From an uncultured Gemmatimonadales bacterium (lineage in GTDB: Bacteria > Gemmatimonadota > Gemmatimonadetes > Longimicrobiales > Gaopeijiaceae), in NCBI GenBank assembly GCA_963823035.1, contig CAWGKG010000021.1, forward strand, positions 32,001-96,000: DNA of 64,000 bases, written 5' to 3'. Shown piece after piece: positions 25,392 through 33,618 of the stretch. The notes under the pieces are model-generated. The model was not told where the DNA came from and searched no databases. It saw only the letters and a program-made list of their open reading frames with translations. Position 1 is the first letter of the stretch, and every line of letters begins with the position of its first letter. Both the position numbers and the translations under genes were made by a program.

Positions 25392-25886
25392 ATGGCCAAG
25401 GCGAGGGAAGTCCGCAGCTACGAGTACGTGAATCGGGCCTATGCGCAGGTGCGCAACGCCCTGCTGGCCGACACGGCCAGCACGTTCCGCGCCGCCACCC
25501 GTGCGGCCGCGGGTCGCGCCCAGTCGGTCGCCGCGGCGCTGAGCGTCAACATCGCCGGAGTGGACGTGGGGACGGAGATCGACATCTCGGTCGGCGAGGT
25601 CACCGAAGTGCCGAAGGCGCAGGGCCAGGCTCCGTCGACGAGCATCGCGATCGAGTGGGAGGCGGCGAAGCGCCCGCGGCTCTTCCCCCTCATGCGCGCG
25701 ACCCTGCACGTCTACCCGCTCACCTCCACGGAGACGCAGCTGGATTTCGCGGGCACGTACGATCCTCCGCTCGGCGCCGTCGGCAGCGCGATCGACGCCG
25801 TGGTGGGGCATCGGATCGCGGAGGCGTCGGTCCATCGCTTCGTGGTGGACGTGGCGCATCACCTGCGGGAAGCGCTGGAGGACTGA
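25392..25886 (+). CDS. Hypothetical protein (possible START/SRPBCC-like fold)
   Basis: 164-aa ORF directly after the peptidase; LFP...L and GTYDPPLGAVG...C-terminal helix pattern. Confidence 0.65.
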   Translation: MAKAREVRSYEYVNRAYAQVRNALLADTASTFRAATRAAAGRAQSVAAALSVNIAGVDVGTEIDISVGEVTEVPKAQGQAPSTSIAIEWEAAKRPRLFPLMRATLHVYPLTSTETQLDFAGTYDPPLGAVGSAIDAVVGHRIAEASVHRFVVDVAHHLREALED

Positions 25887-25928
25887 GGGGGCCGCCGCGC
25901 ACGGTTTCGTCGGCCCGCCTCCGCGCCG

Positions 25929-28325
25929 TCAACTTCTCAGCCATCGGTCGAAGAACGCCGCCGACCGTCGCACCAGGTCGTAGCGGCTCGCCTCGGTCGC
26001 GATCGTGTGGTGCTCGATCGGATAGACCATCACCTCGAAGTCCTTCTCCAGCTCGATGAGGCGTTGGAGGAGTCGGGCCGTGTCCTGGAAGTGCACGTTG
26101 TCGTCGACGAGCCCGTGCGTGATCAGGAGGTGGTCCGAAAGGCCCTCGGCGTAGTAGATCGGGCTGGAGATGCGGTACGCCTGCGGGTCGAGGTGCGGAA
26201 CGCCGAGGATCCGGCTCGTCCACTCGTCGCTGTAGTGCGACCAGTCGGAGACCGCGGCGCGCGCGATGCCGGCGGCGAACACGCCCGGATAGCGGAACTG
26301 GGACATCAGCGTCATGAACCCACCGTACGAGACGCCGTAGATGCCGATGCGGCGCGCGTCGATCCCCTCTCGCTCCACGAGCCAGCGCGCGGCCGCCACC
26401 GCGCCGTCGACGTCGCTGATGCCCATCGCGTCCGCGATGTCGGTGCGGTAGTCGCGGCCGTAGCCCGCGCTGCCCCGATAGTCGAAGTCGAGGACCGTGT
26501 AGCCCTGCTGCACCATGTAGTTCAGGAAGCCGAGGTGCAGGGCGTAGCCGTATACCGTCCAACCGCGGTGCGCGAACTGGCGGTAACCTCCGCCGTGCAC
26601 GTGGATGAGCGCCGGTCGCTTCGGATCCGGGTGCTCCGGCCGGTACAACGCCGCCCAGAGCGGCCCGCCGTCCGGGTGCTCGAAGGAGACGATCTCCGGT
26701 GCGACGAGCGGGTGCGTGTAGTAGGTGTCGCTCCCGCTCACCGTGACGCGTCGGCCGCGGGGCGCGTCGACCGTGCCGACCCAGAGGTCCGGCATGTGCG
26801 TCGCGTCGTCGGAGACGAGGGCGAGCCGCCTTCCGTCGGGCGAAAGCACGCCCAAGCGGCGGCCCTGGCCCTCGGTCAGGCGCGTCATCTCGCCGCCGCC
26901 GGCGGGCATGCGGTAGAGGTGATCGTCCGCCGGGTGCTCCCGGCTCGCCTGCAGGAGCCATGATGTCCGGTCCCGCGACAGCGTGGCGCCACGCACCTCC
27001 CACGGACCTTCGGTGAGCGGGGTGACGGCCCCGCCGGCGTCCATCAGCCAGAGGTGGCTCCATCCACTGCGCTCGGACGCGAAGACGAAACGGTCCCCTG
27101 GAAGCCACTCCATCAGGGCCGGCTGCAGGTAGTTGGCCTGGACGGGGGGACCGCCGACCCACGCGTCGTCGTGGTCGTGCGTGAGGACGGTCGCCGAGCC
27201 GGTCGCCGGATCGATCTGGGCGAACCAGACGTCCTCGTCGTTCTCGCCGATGAACTGCGCCATGGCCCGGGTGCCCTCCAGGTTCCAGTACGGTCCGTGC
27301 GGTAGGGTCGCCTGGTCCCTCGCCTCCGCGAGGTCGACCCAACGGATGCGTACGCTGTCGGCCGGCACGGCGGGATCCACGTCGACGATGCCGAGGCGGT
27401 AGCGGTCGCGGGGCTCCCCCGCCTTGGAGCGAGCGTCGTGCACCCGGGTGTAGCCGGACGGGTCGAGGTAGTCGACGTACTGCGTCTCCGGACGGTCGGT
27501 CGCCGGGGTGTGCGCACGGAAGGTGAGGTACCGGCCGTCGGGCGAGAGCGTGATCTGCTCGGCGCGCACGTTGGCCGGGAGCGGGATGGGCTGAGGCTCA
27601 CCTCGCGCCGCGGTCGCAGCCGCGGCGACACCTTCCCGTCGAGCACGATCGCGCACGAAGTCGAAGAGGGTGCGCTGCTCCTCGGCGAGCCAGCGCCCCT
27701 CGGCCGTGACGGGAGGCACAGCGGACGGCACCTTACGCGCCAGCACGGTCGTCACGCCGCTGGCCACGTCGTAGCGGAGGAGCGCCTCGCCCACCTGGAA
27801 GTGCACGGCGGTGCCGTGTTCGGCCATCCGCACGTCCGTGACGCTCTCGGTGAGCTCGACGACGGGCCGCGTCGTCGGGTCCGCGCCGGATCGGTAGAGA
27901 AAGACCGTGCTGCCTCGGCCCCAGGCGGCCGTGCGCCCGTCCGGGCTCCAGGAGATCCGATCCCCGGGCACCGCCGCCTCGTCGGAGAGCGGCACCTGCT
28001 CGACCCAAGTCCCGTCCGGCGCGGCGCGGAACCAGGGGTCCGCATCGGGCACGTCGGCGGGGCTCGGCGCGCGATTCCAGCGGAACCACACGGCCGACCC
28101 GTCGGGCGCCCAGCGCACGTCCCGCACGCCCAGCCCCAGCCAGCGGTCGTTCCGGGAAGCATCGCGGAGGGTGAGGGGCGTGTGCGTCGCCGTCTCGGGC
28201 GTCAGCGTCGACTGGTGGAGCGGCGTCGGCTCCCGCTGGCGGGCCGAAAGGCCCGCGGGAGCGAGGCCCACGAGGACGAGTCCGCACAGCAGACGGGCGG
28301 AGCGTTGACGACGACGTGGTGTCAC
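25929..28325 (-). CDS. S9 prolyl oligopeptidase / dipeptidyl aminopeptidase
   Basis: Beta-propeller N-terminus, HGGG, DYRGSAGYG, GVSYGG (Ser), DDNV (Asp), EHH (His); start approximate. Confidence 0.9.
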   Translation of the reverse strand: MTPRRRQRSARLLCGLVLVGLAPAGLSARQREPTPLHQSTLTPETATHTPLTLRDASRNDRWLGLGVRDVRWAPDGSAVWFRWNRAPSPADVPDADPWFRAAPDGTWVEQVPLSDEAAVPGDRISWSPDGRTAAWGRGSTVFLYRSGADPTTRPVVELTESVTDVRMAEHGTAVHFQVGEALLRYDVASGVTTVLARKVPSAVPPVTAEGRWLAEEQRTLFDFVRDRARREGVAAAATAARGEPQPIPLPANVRAEQITLSPDGRYLTFRAHTPATDRPETQYVDYLDPSGYTRVHDARSKAGEPRDRYRLGIVDVDPAVPADSVRIRWVDLAEARDQATLPHGPYWNLEGTRAMAQFIGENDEDVWFAQIDPATGSATVLTHDHDDAWVGGPPVQANYLQPALMEWLPGDRFVFASERSGWSHLWLMDAGGAVTPLTEGPWEVRGATLSRDRTSWLLQASREHPADDHLYRMPAGGGEMTRLTEGQGRRLGVLSPDGRRLALVSDDATHMPDLWVGTVDAPRGRRVTVSGSDTYYTHPLVAPEIVSFEHPDGGPLWAALYRPEHPDPKRPALIHVHGGGYRQFAHRGWTVYGYALHLGFLNYMVQQGYTVLDFDYRGSAGYGRDYRTDIADAMGISDVDGAVAAARWLVEREGIDARRIGIYGVSYGGFMTLMSQFRYPGVFAAGIARAAVSDWSHYSDEWTSRILGVPHLDPQAYRISSPIYYAEGLSDHLLITHGLVDDNVHFQDTARLLQRLIELEKDFEVMVYPIEHHTIATEASRYDLVRRSAAFFDRWLRS

Positions 28326-28501
28326 GGGGCTTCCTCGGGACGCGGGTGGCGAGTGAGGTGCGGGGCCAACGTGCCTCGACGCCCACGAGCTCCGCCAGGG
28401 CTTCGCCGGGGGCGACCGCGCCCCCCCGATGAGGTGATTCGGCTCCATTTGCCGCGTCTCCTCCATGAAGGCAGTGAAGACCCAGCCAAAGGAGGCGGAT
28501 C

Positions 28502-29143
28502 ATGAAGGCGACGACCAGCACCCCCAGGACAGCCCTGCGAGCAGCGACCATCCTCCTGGGCGGGTTGCTTTCCCTGGGCTCGGGTCGCGCCCTCGCGGCC
28601 CAGGCCCCGAGCGCTCCGGGAACGGCCGCGGCGCCGCTCCGCAGCGGCTTCCACTTCTCCATCGGCGCGGGCGCCGCCTCGGTGGGCGCGACCTGCACCG
28701 TCTGCGACGTCGACTTCTTCTCCGATCGCATCAACGGCTTCTCGGGGAACCTGCAGATGGGCGGCGCCCTGAACCAGCAGCTCGTCGTCGCCGTGGAATT
28801 CATGGGGTGGATGAGGAACGACGCACCCATCTACCGACGCATGGCGGCGCTGAACCTGGTGTTCCTCGGGTATCCGAGCGCCCGGTCCGGCTTCTTCATC
28901 AAGGGCGGGGGCGGCGTCGTGCGCGCGATCGTCGAAGACGACTACCTGCTCGTCCAGACCGACGCGTACACGGCCGAGTCGGGCATCGGGTACGACATCC
29001 CGGTGGGCGGGCGCGCCAAGCTCACGGTCTACGCGAACTACCTGCGGACCTTCGCCGGCGGCACGTGGCTCAACGGCATCGTCAGCCCGGTGACGCTCTC
29101 CCCCAACGCCTTCCAGGTCGGGACGGCGCTGACCGTGCACTGA
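28502..29143 (+). CDS. Hypothetical outer-membrane beta-barrel protein
   Basis: GGAGG RBS, signal peptide, alternating amphipathic strands, CTVC motif in the first loop. Confidence 0.7.
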   Translation: MKATTSTPRTALRAATILLGGLLSLGSGRALAAQAPSAPGTAAAPLRSGFHFSIGAGAASVGATCTVCDVDFFSDRINGFSGNLQMGGALNQQLVVAVEFMGWMRNDAPIYRRMAALNLVFLGYPSARSGFFIKGGGGVVRAIVEDDYLLVQTDAYTAESGIGYDIPVGGRAKLTVYANYLRTFAGGTWLNGIVSPVTLSPNAFQVGTALTVH

Positions 29144-29347
29144 CGGGGCGGGGCCGTGCGCCGGGCGTGACAGCGCTCCGGGGAACAGCGCCTGGATGCG
29201 CGGCCCCCGGTCCCCGTTTGCGTCGCCGGCGCCGGCGCGTATTCTGTCCCCGCGTTCCGAACCGGCTCCCCCGATGCGCACAGCCGCCTCGGTCGAGCCT
29301 CAGTCGACCCTCCCGCGCGGCGCCCGTGCGTCGCGGAAGGACGGTGC

Positions 29348-30154
29348 ATGGCCACGCCGTCGACGTCCCTTCCCGTGCGGCGGAGCTTCGGCCAGACCGA
29401 GCGTCCCGACGCGTGGTGGCTCCAACCGGCCGCGGTCTTCCTCGGCCTGTCGCTCTTCATCGTCTACTCGACGTGGGCGGCGTTCCAGGGACAGCACTAC
29501 GCCTTCGGAAACTACCTCTCTCCGTTCTACTCGCCGGAGCTGTTCGGCGACTCGACGCACGCGTGGTTCGGGCCCAAGCCGTCCTGGTGGATGTCCTGGA
29601 TGCCGTGGTCGCCGGCCTTCCTGATCCTGTGGGCGCCGGGCGGCTTCCGCCTCACCTGCTACTACTACCGGGGCGCGTACTACAAGGCGTTCTGGGCGGA
29701 CCCACCCTCCTGCACGGTCGGCGAGCCCCGCTCGAGCTACCTGGGTGAGCGACACCTGCCGCTGATCCTGCAGAACGTCCACCGCTACTTCCTGTACCTG
29801 GCGCTGGTCTTCCTGGTGATCCTGGCGTCGGACGTCTGGCACGCGCTCTGGTTCACCGACCCCGCGACGGGCGAGGCGACGTTCGGCGTGGGCGTGGGCA
29901 CGATCGTGCTGGCGCTCAACGTGGTGTTTCTGGGCAGCTACACGCTGGGATGCCATTCGCTGCGCCACCTGGTGGGTGGCCGCTTGAACAAGCTGTCTCG
30001 CCGACCCGTGCGTCGCGGCGCCTATTCGTGCGCCTCCTGCCTCAACCGACGGCACATGCTGTTCGCGTGGATGAGCCTCTTCTGGGTGGGCTTCTCCGAC
30101 CTGTACGTGCGCATGCTGTCGATGGGCGTCTGGACCGACTGGAGGCTCTTTTGA
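29348..30154 (+). CDS. Succinate dehydrogenase membrane anchor, mycobacterial Sdh1 (Rv0249c-like) type
   Basis: YLSPFYSP, FRLTCYYYRGAYYKAF, QNVHRYF, YTLGCHSLRH motifs; five TM segments; first gene of the sdh operon. Confidence 0.88.
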   Translation: MATPSTSLPVRRSFGQTERPDAWWLQPAAVFLGLSLFIVYSTWAAFQGQHYAFGNYLSPFYSPELFGDSTHAWFGPKPSWWMSWMPWSPAFLILWAPGGFRLTCYYYRGAYYKAFWADPPSCTVGEPRSSYLGERHLPLILQNVHRYFLYLALVFLVILASDVWHALWFTDPATGEATFGVGVGTIVLALNVVFLGSYTLGCHSLRHLVGGRLNKLSRRPVRRGAYSCASCLNRRHMLFAWMSLFWVGFSDLYVRMLSMGVWTDWRLF

Positions 30155-31974
30155 TGGCCGAGCACCGCACCCACCAGCACGACGTCCTCGTGATCGGTGC
30201 GGGCGGGGCGGGCCTGCGCGCCGCCATCGCGGCGGCGGCGACGGGCGCCTCCGTCGGCGTGGTGTGCAAGTCGCTCCTGGGCAAGGCGCACACGGTCATG
30301 GCGGAGGGGGGGATCGCCGCTTCGCTGGGCAACGTGGACACGCGCGACAACTGGCGCGTCCACTTCGCGGATACCATGCGTGGCGGCCAGTACCTCAACA
30401 ACTGGCGGATGGCGGAGCTGCACGCCCAGGAGGCGCCGGATCGCGTGCGCGAGCTGGAGGCCTGGGGAGCGCTCATGGACCGGACCCCCGACGGGCGGAT
30501 CCTGCAGCGCAACTTCGGCGGCCACGCCTATCCGCGGCTGGCGCACGTGGGGGACCGCACGGGCCTCGAGATGTTGCGCACGCTCCAGGACCACGGCGTG
30601 CACGCGGGTATCGACGTGCACATGGAGGTGACGGTCACCGAGCTGCTCCTGGACGCGGGCCGCGTGGTGGGCGCGGTGGCCTACGACCGCGAGCGCGGAC
30701 GCTTCCGGGTGTTCCACGCGGGCGCCGTCGTGCTCGCCACGGGCGGCATCGGCCGCGCGTTCAAGATCACGAGCAACTCGTGGGAGTACTCGGGCGACGG
30801 CCACTCGCTGGCGTACCACGCGGGCGCCGAGCTGGTGGACATGGAGTTCGTCCAGTTCCACCCCACCGGGATGGTGTGGCCCCCCAGCGTGCAGGGGATC
30901 CTGGTCACGGAAGGCGTGCGCGGCGAGGGCGGCATCCTCAAGAACAGCGAGGGTCGCCGCTTCATGTTCGACGACATCCCGCCGCTCTACGCCGGCCAGA
31001 CCGCAGACAACCCCGAGGAGGGTTGGCGCTACGTCACGGGCGACAAGGACGCGCGACGCCCACCCGAGCTGCTCACGCGCGACCACGTGGCCCGCTGCAT
31101 CCTGCGCGAGGTGCGCGAGGGTCGGGGGAGCCCGCACGGCGGCGTCTTCCTGGACATCGCCTGGATCGCCGAGAAGCTCCCGAACGCCGAGGAGCACATC
31201 AAGCGCAAGCTCCCGGGGATGTACCACCAGTTCAAGGAGCTGGCCGGGATCGACATCACGAAGGAGCCGATGGAGGTCGGGCCGACCACGCACTACGCGA
31301 TGGGCGGCATCCGCGTGGACGCCGACACCCAGATGTCGACGGTGCCCGGGCTGTTCGCCTGCGGGGAGTGCGCCGGAGGGCTGCACGGCGCGAACCGCCT
31401 CGGCGGCAACTCGCTCTCGGACCTGCTGGTGTTCGGGAAGCGCGCCGGCGACCACGCCGCCGCCTTCGCGAACGAGGGCGGTGAGGGCGCCGTGGACGAG
31501 GGACAGGTCGAGGCGGCCATGCGGCGCGCGCTCGCGCCGCTCGAACTCACCACCTCCGCGGAGAGCATCGGCCCGCATCGCCTGCTCATGGCGATCCAGC
31601 AGCACATGCAGGACAACGCCGGCATCGTGCGCGACGAGGAGGGGCTGACCCGCGCGCTCGAGGGGATCGAGGAGTTCGCGCACCAGGCCGAGGCGCTCGC
31701 CGTCGGCGGCAACCGCGAGTTCAACCCGGCGTGGCACGCCGCCCTGGACCTGCGGAACATCCTCACCGTGGCGGAGGCGGTCGCCCGGGCTGCGCGCGAG
31801 CGGAAGGAGAGCCGTGGCGCGCACTCGCGTACCGACCACCAGGGCAAGGACCCGGAGTGGGGGAAGGTCAACCTCGTCGTGCGAAAGGGAGCCGGCGGGC
31901 AGATGGAGGTGAAGCGCCGCCCCGTGGTGCCCATGCGCCAGGATCTCGCGGACATCATCGAGGAGATGCGCTGA
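30154..31974 (+). CDS. sdhA: Succinate dehydrogenase/fumarate reductase flavoprotein
   Basis: GAGGAG, KAHTVMAEGG (covalent FAD His), QFHPTG, HYAMGG, HGANRLGGNSL, ESRGAH. Confidence 0.95.
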   Translation: MAEHRTHQHDVLVIGAGGAGLRAAIAAAATGASVGVVCKSLLGKAHTVMAEGGIAASLGNVDTRDNWRVHFADTMRGGQYLNNWRMAELHAQEAPDRVRELEAWGALMDRTPDGRILQRNFGGHAYPRLAHVGDRTGLEMLRTLQDHGVHAGIDVHMEVTVTELLLDAGRVVGAVAYDRERGRFRVFHAGAVVLATGGIGRAFKITSNSWEYSGDGHSLAYHAGAELVDMEFVQFHPTGMVWPPSVQGILVTEGVRGEGGILKNSEGRRFMFDDIPPLYAGQTADNPEEGWRYVTGDKDARRPPELLTRDHVARCILREVREGRGSPHGGVFLDIAWIAEKLPNAEEHIKRKLPGMYHQFKELAGIDITKEPMEVGPTTHYAMGGIRVDADTQMSTVPGLFACGECAGGLHGANRLGGNSLSDLLVFGKRAGDHAAAFANEGGEGAVDEGQVEAAMRRALAPLELTTSAESIGPHRLLMAIQQHMQDNAGIVRDEEGLTRALEGIEEFAHQAEALAVGGNREFNPAWHAALDLRNILTVAEAVARAARERKESRGAHSRTDHQGKDPEWGKVNLVVRKGAGGQMEVKRRPVVPMRQDLADIIEEMR

Positions 31975-32729
31975 TGGCGAAGGTCGCCCTGAAGATCTGG
32001 CGCGGGGACCCGAGCGGCGGGGAGTACCACGACTACGACGTGGAGGTGCGTCCCGGCTACGTGGTGCTCGACGCGGTGCGGGGGGTGCAGGCGGAGCAGG
32101 CGCACGACCTGGCCGTGCGCTGGAACTGCAAGGCTGGGCGCTGCGGCTCGTGCTCGGCCGAGATCAACGGCATGCCCAAGCTCATGTGCATGACCCGCCT
32201 GGACGACCTGCCGGCGGACAAGCCGATCACCGTGGAGCCGATGCGTGCGTTCCCGCTCATCCGCGACCTGGTCACGGATGTCTCGTGGAACTTCGAGGTC
32301 AAGAAGAAGATCAAGCCGTTCAAGCCGGGGCCGCCCGATCGCGAGGACGGCACGCGCACGATGCACCAGGCGGACGCCGACCGGGTGATGGAGTTCCGCA
32401 AGTGCATCGAGTGCTTCCTGTGCCAGGACGTGTGCCACGTCCTGCGCGACCACGGGAAGCACGACGCGTTCATCGGCCCGCGCTTCATGGTGCACACAGC
32501 GGGGCTCGAGATGCACCCGCTCGACACGGCCGACCGGCTCGACGACTTGCGCACGCAGCACGGCATCGGGTATTGCAACATCACCAAGTGCTGCACCAAG
32601 GTCTGTCCCGAGGGGATCACGATCACGGACAACGCGATCATCCCCCTGAAAGAGAGGGTGGTGGATCGAGCGTACGATCCCCTGACGAAGCTGGTTCAGC
32701 TCGTGCTCGGGAAACCGAAGAAGGACTGA
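31974..32729 (+). CDS. sdhB: Succinate dehydrogenase iron-sulfur subunit
   Basis: CKAGRCGSC, CIECFLCQDVC, CNITKCCTKVCP. Confidence 0.95.
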   Translation: MAKVALKIWRGDPSGGEYHDYDVEVRPGYVVLDAVRGVQAEQAHDLAVRWNCKAGRCGSCSAEINGMPKLMCMTRLDDLPADKPITVEPMRAFPLIRDLVTDVSWNFEVKKKIKPFKPGPPDREDGTRTMHQADADRVMEFRKCIECFLCQDVCHVLRDHGKHDAFIGPRFMVHTAGLEMHPLDTADRLDDLRTQHGIGYCNITKCCTKVCPEGITITDNAIIPLKERVVDRAYDPLTKLVQLVLGKPKKD

Positions 32730-32762
32730 GGGGCCTGAAGGCCGCGCGGCCGAGGAGGTGGC

Positions 32763-33263
32763 ATGTACGAGCTCAAGAAGCTGTCGCACGAAGGGATCGA
32801 GGGCGCACGCAAGAAGGCGCTGCACTACCGGCTCCTCAATCAGCCCTTCCTGGCCGAGAGCATCTGCCGCGACGTCCTGGAGGTCGAGCCGGGCGACCAG
32901 GAGACGCTGGTCACGCTGTGCCTGTCGCTCTGCGACCAGTTCGGCGTGGAGGGCGGGGCCTCGGCGACTGCGGCGATGGAACTCGTGTCACGGCTCACGG
33001 GCGACTACGAGCGGCACTATTACGCGGGGATCGTCTGCGAGCGGACGGCGTTCGCGAAGCTGGCGCTCGCCACGCACGCCTCGGGGCACCTGGCATACGA
33101 CTGGCTGATGCGCGCGATGAAGCACTACGAGGACGCGGCGGAGCTGCGGCCGGCGGGCAACGACGACGCGCTCCTGAGGTGGAACACGTGCGCGCGGCTG
33201 ATCGACAGCCGCTCCGATGTGCACGAGGCGCACGACGAGCCGGTGCATACGCTCCTGGAGTAG
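32763..33263 (+). CDS. Conserved hypothetical all-helical (TPR-like) protein in the sdh operon
   Basis: Strong GAGGAGG RBS; YRLLNQP...ESIC, YYAGIVCER, NDDALLRWNTCAR motifs. Confidence 0.75.
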   Translation: MYELKKLSHEGIEGARKKALHYRLLNQPFLAESICRDVLEVEPGDQETLVTLCLSLCDQFGVEGGASATAAMELVSRLTGDYERHYYAGIVCERTAFAKLALATHASGHLAYDWLMRAMKHYEDAAELRPAGNDDALLRWNTCARLIDSRSDVHEAHDEPVHTLLE

Positions 33264-33314
33264 CCGTTCGTCCGGGTGCCCTTGGGGGCGCCTTTTGCGG
33301 CTTCGTGGTAGGGC

Positions 33315-33448
33315 GCGGGCCGGCGGCGTGGCCCCTTGGCGAGACCGCTCGGCCGCTTGTTCGTCGGCGTCCTCATGCTCACTCGGCTTGCCTCGCTCGG
33401 CCGCTACGCGCGGCCGAGTCTCGCTACGGGGCCACGCCGCCGGCCCGC
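33315..33448. repeat. 134-bp long palindromic (REPIN/MITE-like) element
   Basis: Perfect 21-bp inverted repeat GCGGGCCGGCGGCGTGGCCCC (33315-33335 / 33428-33448) with further inner pairing. Confidence 0.75.
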
Positions 33449-33618
33449 TCCGGGCACTTTGGGCGGGGGCGCCTCCACCTTTGCGGCGGGCTACTCATCC
33501 CCGTCGCACCTTGGGCGCGCGGGCCGGGTGGTCGTGCCCGGCGGGCGGGTAGGGCCCACCTGGTGGGTGGTGGGCGGGTCGGCCTTCGGCCTCCGCCCAC
33601 ACTCGTCCGCCCTCATCC

